Virus record (IMG/VR): IMGVR_UViG_3300035424_000304
Source of the DNA: an uncultured virus (IMG/VR IMGVR_UViG_3300035424_000304)
Lineage: Duplodnaviria > Heunggongvirae > Uroviricota > Caudoviricetes
Reading direction: 5' to 3' (one strand)
DNA: 64,000 bases
Under the pieces are notes generated by a model. That model worked only from the letters and a program-made list of their open reading frames with translations, ran no database searches and was not told the origin of the DNA. Of the stretch, positions 1-11,700 are shown piece by piece (the first letter of the stretch is position 1; every line of letters starts with the position of its first letter). The translations under genes and the position numbers were made by a program.

Positions 1-204
1 TTCCAGTAGAAGTCCATGAGGGAGGTTTTCCTGGAACCTTAATTCTCCAATGGAACCCAACGGTTCCATTTCTACCAACCCGAAGACTGGCGGACGGATC
101 CCCGTCTTGGAGACTATTTGTAGCGGCGGCAGTCTACCGCTAGTGGTTGAAGGTACAATAGCCCTTAAGTTTCAACAAAATCAGATTGGCTGCCTGGATT
201 ACTT
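1..204 (-). ncRNA. putative omegaRNA scaffold downstream of tnpB (partial)
   Basis: Non-coding region just 3' of tnpB with several hairpins (TGGAACC..GGTTCCA, GACGG..CCGTC, TAGCGG..CCGCTA); omegaRNAs occupy this position. Confidence 0.5.
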
Positions 205-1920
205 TCAGGCAGTCTTTTTAATGCCCATACTGGAGGGCATCCGCTTATCGAGAGACTGCAATCTCTCAATTTCTTCCTGATGCATCTTTAGAAATATAGG
301 AAAATCTTTTTCACAAGTCCTTAAATTAAAGGACTCAAGATTCTTGTTGGTATGCTGAATGAGAAATGCCGAATAGAGGTCTCGCTGGACCTTCGTACCA
401 TCTTCAAGATAATGCCACCTCTGGGAAAGCTTCTTCTTATTGCACTTTCCGGTTTCATGGCTGAACTGGGAAGCCTTCGCTTTCCAGGTAACGATTCGCT
501 GAAAGCTTCCGCCGGAGGCAACGACCTTCTGCTCCAGAATGGAGAGGAACATGGCAGGTGCCTTGTTCGCAATGCTTTTTCCGTATCGTTTCTTTGAGAG
601 GATTTTACCCTTCTTGTTCCGCCTGGTTTCCTTTGCCCGTTTAGCAAGGGCTTTCCACCTCATATCTTCAACGTAAAACTCATCCCCCATAGAGAGCAGT
701 TGGTTCGCCATGCGCCGGTGCATATGTTTCCGCATGGCTGCCTGCTTTCGATAGAGCGACCGAAGAAGTACTTCCATCTTCTTGTAGCGGTTTGTCTTTA
801 CCCAAATCCGCCGGTTTTGACTGTTCAGGCACTCTGCGGAAAGCTTATTTTTTCTGACAATTTGCCCGTCAGCCGTAAACATCTTCGGATTGGAGTTCTT
901 TCTTGAACGATCCATGGATCTTTTGATACGGCGGATTTCATCCTGGGCAAGCTGTACCCCCTCCGCCAATTCTTCCAAACCGACGTCTTTATTGGCGCTG
1001 AACGCCAAGGTCTGAGGACCGATGTCAAGACCAACGCAGCCTTTGCCCATAGCATGAAGCAGCTCTCCGGTTTCCGGCTTGACCTTTACAGGAGGAGGCC
1101 CCTCCAGAACCAGTTGAAGAAAATATCTCCAGCCTTCTGGATACGCTTTTCTGATGATGCGGCAATAGCACACCCGCCGGCTGAGAGCATCTTTTTCGTA
1201 GCCATATGGATCCTTGCGGCTCCGTTTAACACGAATACAAAGCTTGTTGGAACCGCCGCCAAGGGTTACCGCCATTTTCTCCTTATCAAAAACGATATTC
1301 GTCTTGTTGCTTTTTCCTTCAATGGCAGCAAATTGAGCGAAAGGGGAAAAAGAAATATCTTTTCCGTTTCCGTACAGCTTTGCATCAAACATGACCCATA
1401 CGGAGTCAGCGATTCTCTGGGCAACGGTGCTGCCAATCAAGGTTTGATAGCTCTTCCGATATTTCTTCATCTGCTTTTCGAAATCAGCCTTAGAAAATCC
1501 ATACCTGCGAATTATCTCGTTGCGAAGCACACATAGGGCCTTTTTCTTCTCTGTGAATTCATCCACCCTTGATTGAAGATATGCCAGCTGCTGTTCATCC
1601 TTACCGAAAAGATGAACCGCTTTTTTCTTCCCAGCATTTTTCTTTTTCCGGGAGATTTTCTCTTGAAGCTTTTCCAGTGTCTCAACCTCATCGACATATT
1701 CAGAATAAAGATCTGCTAACGCTTTCTGGTTACTCCTCCAGATGCGAGTGCGCATCATCTCAGTTAGCTGACGGGAATACCAGGCTATGAGATTGTTTTT
1801 CATGTTGTTTGCGATGCGAAACATCTTATCCAATGTATCATGCTGATGTCTGGAATAGCTCAGTGGCAATTCTATGACACACCGCTCTCCAGTCGCTGCT
1901 GTCTTATTCCATGAACTCAT
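205..1920 (-). CDS. tnpB: RNA-guided endonuclease TnpB, long form (571 aa)
   Basis: RuvC-I GLDIG, RuvC-II VEDM and RuvC-III QRDLYSA are intact; zinc-finger cysteines mostly lost; RBS AAGGAGG. Confidence 0.85.
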   Translation of the reverse strand: MSSWNKTAATGERCVIELPLSYSRHQHDTLDKMFRIANNMKNNLIAWYSRQLTEMMRTRIWRSNQKALADLYSEYVDEVETLEKLQEKISRKKKNAGKKKAVHLFGKDEQQLAYLQSRVDEFTEKKKALCVLRNEIIRRYGFSKADFEKQMKKYRKSYQTLIGSTVAQRIADSVWVMFDAKLYGNGKDISFSPFAQFAAIEGKSNKTNIVFDKEKMAVTLGGGSNKLCIRVKRSRKDPYGYEKDALSRRVCYCRIIRKAYPEGWRYFLQLVLEGPPPVKVKPETGELLHAMGKGCVGLDIGPQTLAFSANKDVGLEELAEGVQLAQDEIRRIKRSMDRSRKNSNPKMFTADGQIVRKNKLSAECLNSQNRRIWVKTNRYKKMEVLLRSLYRKQAAMRKHMHRRMANQLLSMGDEFYVEDMRWKALAKRAKETRRNKKGKILSKKRYGKSIANKAPAMFLSILEQKVVASGGSFQRIVTWKAKASQFSHETGKCNKKKLSQRWHYLEDGTKVQRDLYSAFLIQHTNKNLESFNLRTCEKDFPIFLKMHQEEIERLQSLDKRMPSSMGIKKTA

Positions 1921-2180
1921 AAGAAAACCTCCTTCCTCGGAAAAGATATTCTATATTATGCCATTATCTGGAAAAACATCAAGACTTTGTACTGAAATTT
2001 TTGAGTTATCTCTAATTCATTCCCTTTCTTTTCCTGATCCATTCCCCGTTGCCGCTTTCATCCCACCCCTTACGGAGCGGGCTTTCTCGCGGCTATTCTG
2101 TAAGCGAGTAGCTGAGTTGATCGATTTTTTTTGTGTACTTTCCAGATTTTGTTCTCATATGTGCAATCTCCTTTTTATTT

Positions 2181-2492
2181 TTACCCATTTTGTGGTTTGT
2201 CAGATGATATGCAAAAACGCAGAAAAATAAAAAGAAGGTATTTGCTATATTTAAAACTCACAACAAAGCACACTGCTCCACCCACCAAAAGGCCCAGAAT
2301 TTTGGTCCAGACGTCACCCGACTGAGACGCATCCAGGATAGCGACTTTCAGAACGTACCCTATGAGGAACATTAAAATTATGTAGAAGGTAGACGTTTTG
2401 CTTTTCAAAATTGCGCTGCTCTCTTTGCGAGGGCGGCGCAAAAATTTTTGTATCAAATTCGATATTTTTTCACGCAACTGCATATCATCCAA
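2181..2492 (-). CDS. small hypothetical membrane protein
   Basis: 103-aa ORF with two hydrophobic segments; no recognisable motif. Confidence 0.35.
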   Translation of the reverse strand: MDDMQLREKISNLIQKFLRRPRKESSAILKSKTSTFYIILMFLIGYVLKVAILDASQSGDVWTKILGLLVGGAVCFVVSFKYSKYLLFIFLRFCISSDKPQNG

Positions 2493-2738
2493 GAAGCAGG
2501 CGGCATGCGTCTAATCCCAACCGTCTGCCCAGGGGTCAGGAGCCGCTGTCCCCTGATATTTCTCAGGCCCTCTGCATAGCACGCATAAGGCTCAATATAT
2601 GCATGATTCCAGGCAGTCGACGCCTGGGGTGTGTTTCAGGGTCATGAATGGAGGAGGTGGTGATATATATGCGGGTGGCGAAATACACAGCAAATCTCCA
2701 AAACGATCATCCGAACCTTTGAAAGGAGGTTTCCAACT

Positions 2739-5700
2739 TTGAACAAAGCAAGTAAAAACGTTTTTACGCGATTCCTTTCCGCCATGTTGGCGGTTATCAT
2801 GGTTTTCGGGCTGTTTCCGGCTAATCAATTCGTCGCGAGAGCGGAAGCAGCAACGGGCGGGGAACCGTCTGATACAATTACCCCGAGCGGTTCCATTGAA
2901 ATGGAGGGCCAGTATGATTCCGGCTATGGACTTGGCAGACCTTACGTCCATAGGTTTGCCATGGAAACTGGTCCTGCTGGTGTTATAGATGCGTTCTGCT
3001 TGAATCACAGCGATCACCTGGGCCATGCCTGTGAGGGGAAGAAGTGGAGTAATAAGCGTCCCTATGACCCTGGCAAGGCGACTCCGTTTGTTGTCTGGTA
3101 CTATTGGCATGTCTACGAGCAGAAGGACTGGGATAACAGCACTATTAACGTTGTTAACGCCTGGGTTCAGGCCATGATTTGGCTGGCTAAGGCAGGCAAG
3201 CTCAATGGCTCCGATGAGGAAATTGCCGAAATTGGCGGGACAGAGCGCCATAATGTCTGTAAAGGCATTTGGGGGCAAGCGTCTGCGGACGCAAATCCGC
3301 CAGAGCATGGCAAAACCCTTTTGCTCGACATCATAAGCCACTATAACAGTGGCGTGTACGGCACCGGCTGGAAGTTCTACCAGTACGACTTTGCTGACAC
3401 CAATCCGTACAATGACGGCAAAGGCGTCCAGTCCCTGATGATTGGGGTGCCGGACGATGAGCCTGGCGGCAACGAGTTCTACCTCACTCTTGATAAGCAT
3501 GATCCTGATGGCAACCCCATGGCGGGTAAGACATTCAAAATCTATACTGATGCGGCTTGTACAACTCCACTGCCTGGCAAAAACGATCTTGTTACTGTCG
3601 CTGAAGACGGATACGCATATGGTCGATATGTAATTCCTAACGGTGCCGAAGAGATGGATGTCTGGGTAAGAGAAGAAGGCTCTGGAGCTACAGCGGAAGC
3701 TGCGACTCCTCACCAACTCCATGTGACAAAGGATAACACTGTGACCAACCCCAAACTCGTCCCTGGCAGTCCCTTCCAGAACGAGACAACGACGACCACT
3801 CCGCCCCCAGGAACGACGCCGCCGCCTTCAGGTGATGACGACATCATCAAAAAGCTGGATGCTCGCACCAAGCTTGCCGTTGGCGGCGCTACCTTCCTGA
3901 TCCGGGGTGAGGTGTTTGAGGAGGAAATCCCGGATGCGTCCGGCAATCCTTCCGCCGATCCCGTTGTGGGGCACCAGGAGTTTTACAAGACGACTAATGC
4001 CCTGGGCGTTATCCATCTCCAGTGGGCTGACCCGGGCGGAGAGGACTATATTCCGCCGGGATCCTATACCGTTACGGAAATTTCTCCTCCTCCAGGGTAT
4101 GAGAAGGGTTCCAACCCAAGCGAGGCCCATCTGACCCTCCACTATGACATCAAGAACAAGATTCAGACGAAGTCCGGACTGCTTGTTTTCGAGAACAATC
4201 CGTACCATACGGTGCAGATTGAGAAGTGGTCGGAGGGTACGCCCCTGCCCGGCGCCACCTTTGAAATCTGGTGCGACGGCGTACTGGTGGCAACAAAGAC
4301 AACCGGCAGTGACGGCAAGATCTACTGGACTGGCGAGGATGGACAGGGTGCCAAGAGCGGTCTTTATATGATCCGCGAGATCAAGGCCCCCGACGGCTAC
4401 CTGCTCCCCACCCGCACAACCCAGTGGATTGAGGTGGACGCTACCGATACCTCTATTTTTAAGCACGTTGTCTCTTTTGACAACTACAAGTATCCTGACA
4501 TCCGCATTAAGAAGGTGTCCAATGGCACCAACGATGCGCTGGCAGGCGCTTTGTTTGAAGTCATGATTGACGGCGAAGTGCTTGGCACCTATACTACGAA
4601 CCCCGGCGGCGAAATCGTGATTGATTACGGCACCTATGGTCGGTTCCTTGAGGAGAACAACCTCTTTGAGGGCAAAACCAGCTGGACCGTTACTGTCACT
4701 GAGCTGGTTGCGCCTGATGGATATTTCATCGACGACCCCAACGTGCAAACCGCCGAGCTGAAGCAGGGTGAAACCCTGAAGACATTCACCTTTACGGATA
4801 CCAAGTACCCTGAGTTCAAACTCTGGAAGTATGAAGAGGGTACGGAGAATCCGCTGCAGGGTGCTGTTTTTGAGATTGCCATTGATGGCACCACCTTCGG
4901 CACCTTCACTACGAACCGCGATGGTTATATTCATATCACCTATGATGACTATCGTCAGTTCATCAAGAACGACAACTCCGAGAGCTGGACGTTTAGCGCT
5001 CGTGAGATTACGCCCCCTGACGGCTACCTGATTGATAACAAGGATTGGCAAATCATTGAGATCAACAAGGGGCAGAGCATGGGCGAGATGGTGTTTACGG
5101 ACACCAAGTACCCGGAAATCCTTATCATCAAGATTGATCGGGAGACTGGTGAGCGTCTGCCGAACACGACTTTCCGTATCGTCATTGATGGCACCAGCTT
5201 TGCGGCTGAGAAGGCCACTGATGAAAACGGTGAGATTCGTATTACCTACGATGAGTACGGACACTTCCTGGATGAGTCGGATAAGGATAAGTTGGATTGG
5301 ACGGTCACCGTCACCGAGCTGTATCCTACTGCCGGCTATAACCGCGATAAGCAGCTGACCTCCGGGGATTACACCCAGACCCAGCAGCTGAAGTTTGGGC
5401 AGGATAAGACCGAATTTACCTTCGAAGACACTTCCTTCCGTAATATCAAGGTCATCAAGAAGGATGCCGAAACCAACTGGCTTCTGAGCGGCGCCACCTT
5501 TGTGCTTCACTGCATCAAGGCTGACGACCCCAAGGAAGGCGCTAATGTGGCTGACCGCGTCCTGACCACAAATGAGGAAGGCTACGTGCTGTTCGAGAAG
5601 ATTCCCAATGGTACCTATGAACTCTATGAGAGCAGTTCCCCCTTCGGCTACGCAGACCCGGATGACGGGTACTGGGGCGATAACGAGGAGGCGAACCACA

Positions 5701-8700
5701 GGACCATTATTATCACTTCGGACAACGATCCCGTCATTGAGTTCGAGCGGTACAACCAGCCCCAGAGCGGACTGCTGATCCGCAAAATCGACTCCGTGAC
5801 CAAGCAGCCCATCCCCAACGTTCGCTTCCTGATTACCCCGCACTCTCCGCTGACGAAGGAGCCTTGGGAGGCCACCACCAATGATAACGGCGTTATCGTG
5901 GAAGAGAACCTGCCCCTTGGCACCTACACCATCAAGGAGATTTCCACTGTGGACGGTTACGTTCTGAACGAGCAGTCTCAGACGATCTCCATTGATAATC
6001 AGCACGACGCTTACACCGTCACCTTTGAGAACAACCAGAAGAACATGCTGAACATCCTGAAGCTGGATGCCAATACCCGGAGACCGCTGCAGGGCGCTAT
6101 GTTTGAGATTCGCACCCCTGGCGGCGCAGTTATCAAGCAGGTGACTACCGGCATGTACGGCTATGCCAGCATTCCGAATCTGGAACCCGGCAGTTATGTG
6201 GTGCAGGAGATCATGTCTCCTCTGGGTTATGAAATTGACCCCATGCCGCAGACTTTTGAGGTGAGCGAGGATGAATCCGGCAAGGTCATTACTCTGGTGT
6301 TCTGCAACTCCCCCTATGCCAACCTCTACATCCGCAAGTATGACGAGGTCACCAACAAGGGCATTGAGGGCGCTGAGTTCAAGATCTGGCGCGGGGACGG
6401 CACTGTCATCCGCGAGCAGGCGATTACCGACGCAACCGGACTTATCTGGGTTGGCGAGCTGACGACCGACACGATTTACGTGCAGGAAATCAAGGCTCCC
6501 GAAGGATATATCCTGGATGATACCATTCGCACGATCCATGTTACGACCGGTCAGAACTACACCCTGGAGATTCCCAACAAGAAGCCCGGCGGTGTGACGG
6601 TCACCAAGGTCGATGCAAAGACCGGCGCAGCTCTGGCTGGCGCTGAGTTCGCTTTGACCACCATCACTGGCGATTTGATTTCCAAGCAGACTACTGGCAA
6701 GGACGGTATCGCCCGCTGGGCGAATATCGAACCCGGCTGGTATGTTCTGACTGAGACGAAGGCCCCCAACGGCTACATCATCAGCTCCCCCGCATCCCGG
6801 AACATCGAGGTGAAGGAATTCGTTTCCACTCAGGTCACCTGGGAGAATGGACAGAATGCCACCTTGACGATTACCAAGCGGGATAAGGAGACGGAAGAGC
6901 CTTTGTACGGCGCTACCTTCGAGGTGCGTACGATGGGCGGCGACGTTGCCGAGACCCTGACCACCGATGTCACCGGTAACGCTACCACCGACCGCCTGAG
7001 TCCCGGCTGGTACCGCGTCGTTGAGGTCAAGGCTCCTGACGGGTACATCCTGAACACTGAGGAACAGACCGTCGAGATCAAGGAAAATACCCCCGCAACC
7101 CTGAACTTCTACAACACTTCCGCCAAGGGCATCACTATCCACAAAGTGGATGCCGTAACAAAGCTGCCTCTTGCCGGCGCTGTCTTTGAAATTCGGGATG
7201 CAGGGAATAAGCTGATTGAGGACTACACCACTGACGCTTCCGGTACAATCAACACAAAAGCCCTGGAGCCTGGATACTACACTGTTGTGGAGACGAAGGC
7301 CCCAGACGGCTACGTGCTTGACAGTACGCCTCACCAGATTGAGGTTGAGGAAGGCAAGCAGTCCGTCATTACCATCGACAACTACCCTGAGACCGTCATT
7401 CAGGTCTACAAGGTCGATGCTGTCACCAAGGATCCTCTGGCATTCGCTGAATATGAGATTTCTACCTACGCCGGCAAGGTTGTTGGCTATCTGACGACCG
7501 ATGAGACCGGCTGGGGCAGCAGCATGGTGCTTGAACCCGGTGAGTACATCGTGAAGGAGACAAAGGCTCCTACCGGGTACTCCATCGATCCGACTGAGCA
7601 TCGCACTACTGTGGAGAAGGGCAAGAATACCATCCTCCGTCTGGAGGACTATCCCGACACCGTTCTCCATATTTCCAAGGTCGATAAGGTTTCCAGGAAT
7701 CCCCTGGAAGGCGCTGAGTTCGAACTCCGCTACGATACCGGACACGGCGACTGCACCTACATCGGCACCTACATCACTGATAAGTTCGGTATGATCCATA
7801 CCGAACCTCTGACTCCCGGTTTCTACATGATTAAGGAAACCGTGGCTCCCGAGGGCTACGATATCCGGACGGAGGAGTACCGCTACTGCGTCAAGGCAGG
7901 CGAGTACAACCATCTGGTGGTCGAGGACATTCAGCTGGGTTCCCTTATCGTTCGCAAGATCGATTCCAAGACCGGCAAGCCCATTCCCGGAGCCGTTTTT
8001 AAGCTGGAAAACGCTGACACCAGCGACCTTGTGGGTACTCTTGAGACCGACGCCCAGGGCGAAGCCGTATGGACTGGTCTGAAGGAGGGCTTTTACATTG
8101 TCACTGAGACCCAGGCTCCCGAAGGATACACAAAGAACGAATGCCCAAAGACCGTCAAGGTCGAGTATGGCAAGAACACTTACGTGGATTTCAGGGATGA
8201 CGAAAACGGCAGTCTGGTGATTATCCTTCAGGATAAACACTCTGGAGACTACCTTATGGGCGGTCAGTTCCAGGTTATCCGTATGTCTGACCAGATTCTT
8301 GTGTATGACGGAAGCACCGATGTTACCGGCACCATCGTGGTGGGCAACCTGCTCCCCGGCTGGTACGAGGTCAATCAGGTGTTCCCGCCCGACAAGTATT
8401 CCATGGTGGATGTTACCACCAAGGTTGAGATTCTGATTGGGCAGCAGCAGACCGTCTACTTCAAGGATGAGACAGCTCAGCTGGTCATCGAGAAGTCTGA
8501 CGCCCTGCATCCCGAGCTGATGCTGGAGGGTGCCCGCTTCCAGGTGAAGCGCAATTCTGACGGCATCGTGATTGGCGAGTACCGTACCGGCAAGGACGGT
8601 CTGGCTATGGTGGGCGGGCTGTCTGACGGCCTCTACACCGTTACCGAGCTGGTTGCTCCTGTTGGCTATTCCATCGACGAAGGCCCCAAGACGGTCCATG

Positions 8701-11700
8701 TGCGGGGCGGCACCGCTGCGCATGTGAACTTCCAGGATACGGCCCTGTCCAGTATCTCCATTAACGTGGTGGATACGAATGGCGAGCCTATCCCCGGCGT
8801 CAAGGTCGAGGTTTGGCAGCAGAACGGCAACCTGGTCAACTCCTATGTCTCCGATTCTACGGGCCTCATCATGACCGATAAGATTGCCGCCGGCATGTAT
8901 GTGCTGAAGGTTACCGTCGTTCCTGATGGGTACGTCATCTCCGGCAACAACACCCTGCTGGATGCATCCATGCAGGCTACTGTGGAGCTGAAGAATGGTT
9001 TCGAGACCACCTTCGAGTTTGCCGTGAAGGGAACTGGCTCCGCAAAAATCATGAGTGTTGACGCCGCCGGCAAGGCGATTGCCGGAATGAAGGTCACCGT
9101 CACTACGCTGGAAGGCGCTAAGATTGGCGAGTACATTACCGGCTCTGACGGCTCTGTCGTCGTGACGGGGCTGGATGCTGGCTGGTATGTCGTAACGGAA
9201 ACCAAGGCGCCAGATGGCTACGCCGGAGTCACCACTCCGAAGAACATTCAGGTCACTGATAAGGGAAGCGTGGAAGTGGTCTTTGAACACAACGCCTTCT
9301 CTACCATCACACTGAACACCATCGATCTCAGTTCCCGCCGCCCCATCCCGGGCGTCAAGGCCGAGGTCCGTACCCAGGCTGGCGTCCTTGTTGGCAATTA
9401 CACCTCCGACTCCAATGGCTTTATCCGTACGGAAAAGCTGGACGCAGGTATGTATACCATCAAGATTACCAGCATCCCTGACGGGTACAGCATCAATCCG
9501 TCTTCCACAACCATTGGCGAGTCTCTGCAGACAACCGTGGAAGTGAAGGCAAACCAGGAATTCTCTATGGACGTCGAGTTCGTCCAGCAGGGGTCCATGC
9601 ACATCTCCAGCGTTGACCTTACTGGTAAGGTGATTGCTGGGATGCAGGTGACGGTCACCACCCAGAACGGCGCTAAGATTGGCGACTACACCACCAATTC
9701 CAATGGTCTTGCTGTGGTCAATAACCTCGCTGCTGGCTGGTACGTGGTCACTGTTTCCAAGGTCCCCAGCGGCTATGCCATTGATGCGGATTCCCAGACC
9801 GTAGAGATGAAAGCTGGAGCGACCCTCAATGTCGAGTTCCGCTTCAAGGCTATCACCAATATCAACATCACTGCTGTTGACGTGACAACCAAGAAGCCCA
9901 TCCCTGGCGTGAAGGTCGAGGTCTGGGAGCAGAACGGCGGCATCGTCGGCTCCTACGTCTCTGACTCCACAGGTGTGATTCGCACTGAGGAACTGCCGAC
10001 TGGCTTCTACGTGGTGAAGGTTGTTGGCGTACCCGCCGGCTACAAGATTTCTTCTTCCTCCACCATCATTGACACTTCCATGCAGACGACCGTTGAGCTG
10101 AATACCAAGGTGGATATCAACATCGATTTCGAGGTTGCTACCAAGGGCAGCGCAAAGATCCTCAGTGTGGATGGCGATGGCAAGGCGGTGGCTGGCGTCA
10201 AGTTCTCCATCACCAACGCCCTGGGCGCTCTGGTAGGGGAGTACGAGGTCAACACCGATGGCTCTGTCATTGTGAATGACCTGGCTCCTGGACGCTATAC
10301 CATTACCGAGGTCAAAACTCCTGACGGCGTTGCCGTAGACGCTGAGACGCAGACCTTCCTGATTACAGCTGGGTCTACGACCGAGGTGACTATCCGGCAC
10401 AGCGCCAAGTCCAAGATTACCATCAATGCCGCCGACGTTGACACCGGGAAATTCATTTCCGGCGTGAAGGTTGAGGTCTGGCATCTGAACGGAGCGATTG
10501 TCGGTACCTATGAGACTGACAGCACCGGCTCCATCATCACTGGTAATCTGGCTGACGGGCAGTATGTGGTAAAGATCGTCTCTATCCCTGATGGCTACGC
10601 CCTGTCCGCCCAGACTTCTCTGGAAACGACAGTGACCGTTAAGGCCGGCGTATCTGTCAACTGCTCCCTGCGCTTCTCTGTTCTGGGTTCCATGAAGATT
10701 GTGGCTGTCGGCGAAGATGGTTCTGCCCTTGCCGGCGTCACCATGTCCGTGAAGACCAAGGACGGTCAGGCTGTTGGTGAGTACACCACCAGCAAGGATG
10801 GCTCCGTCATCGTGACAGGGCTGAGTGCTGGCGTATACATTGTCACCGAGACCGCTGTTCCTGACGGGTTTGCCAGCGAGGCAGTCTCTAAGGAGGTTGA
10901 GGTGAAGGTTGGCGTTCAGACTGAAGTCACCTTTAGTCACGCTTCCAAGTCCAGCATCATCATCAGCATGGTGGATGCGTCTTCCCGCAAGCCCATCCAG
11001 GGTGTCAAGGTGGAAATCCGTCAGCTGAATGAGGCGCTGGTTGGCACCTATACTTCCGATGTTGACGGTGTAATCAATACTGGCAAGCTTACCGCCGGTT
11101 CGTACACCATCAAGGTCATTTCCGTCCCCGAGGGTTATGAACTCTCTACTGCCGGTTCCGTCCTCGACAGCGAGGGCAAGACCACGATTGAGCTGAAGAA
11201 CAGCCTGACCCTTACCTTCGAGCTGGAGGTTAAGGTCAATGGCTCTCTGAAGATCATGAGTGTGGATAAGGACGGCAAGGCAGTCTCCGGCATGACGGTC
11301 ACCGTCACTACTCTGGAGGGTACCGTTGTCGGCACCTACACTACTGGCGCTGATGGATCTGTCCTTGCGACCGATCTGGCTTCTGGCTGGTATGTTGTGA
11401 AGGAAACCAAGGCTCCCGCCGGGTACACTGCCGCAACGACCGCCGAGCAGCGCATTCAGGTTTCCTCTGGAAAGCAGGCTTCTGTTGCTTTCACCCACGG
11501 TCAGGTCTTCGGCCTGCAGGTCACCACGACAAATAAGCAGACCAATGGCAAGCTCGCAGGTGCGAAGTACGAAGTCCGCACCATTGAAGGCACTCTCATC
11601 GGCACCTATACCAGCGGCGAGAACGGTCTGTTCTACGTAGACCTGGAACCCGGCTGGTACATCGTGACTCCTGTCAGCGCCCCCAACGGCTTCCAGTTCG

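Larger units (their letters stand above)
1..2099 (-). mobile_element. IS200/IS605-family tnpB-only element, copy 1 (right end lies beyond window start)
   Basis: Minus-strand left end TTAC|AGAATAGCCGCGAG-AAAG-CCCGCTCCGTAAGGGGTGGG: TTAC cleavage tetramer plus AAAG guide at the hairpin foot, as in IS608. Near-identical to 42059-43259. No tnpA. Confidence 0.85.

Noticed and set aside
1..2200. Possible type V CRISPR-Cas locus around the 571-aa RuvC protein
   Set aside because: No repeat-spacer array seen in the window, and IS605-type ends explain the gene. Sequence beyond position 1 is unseen.
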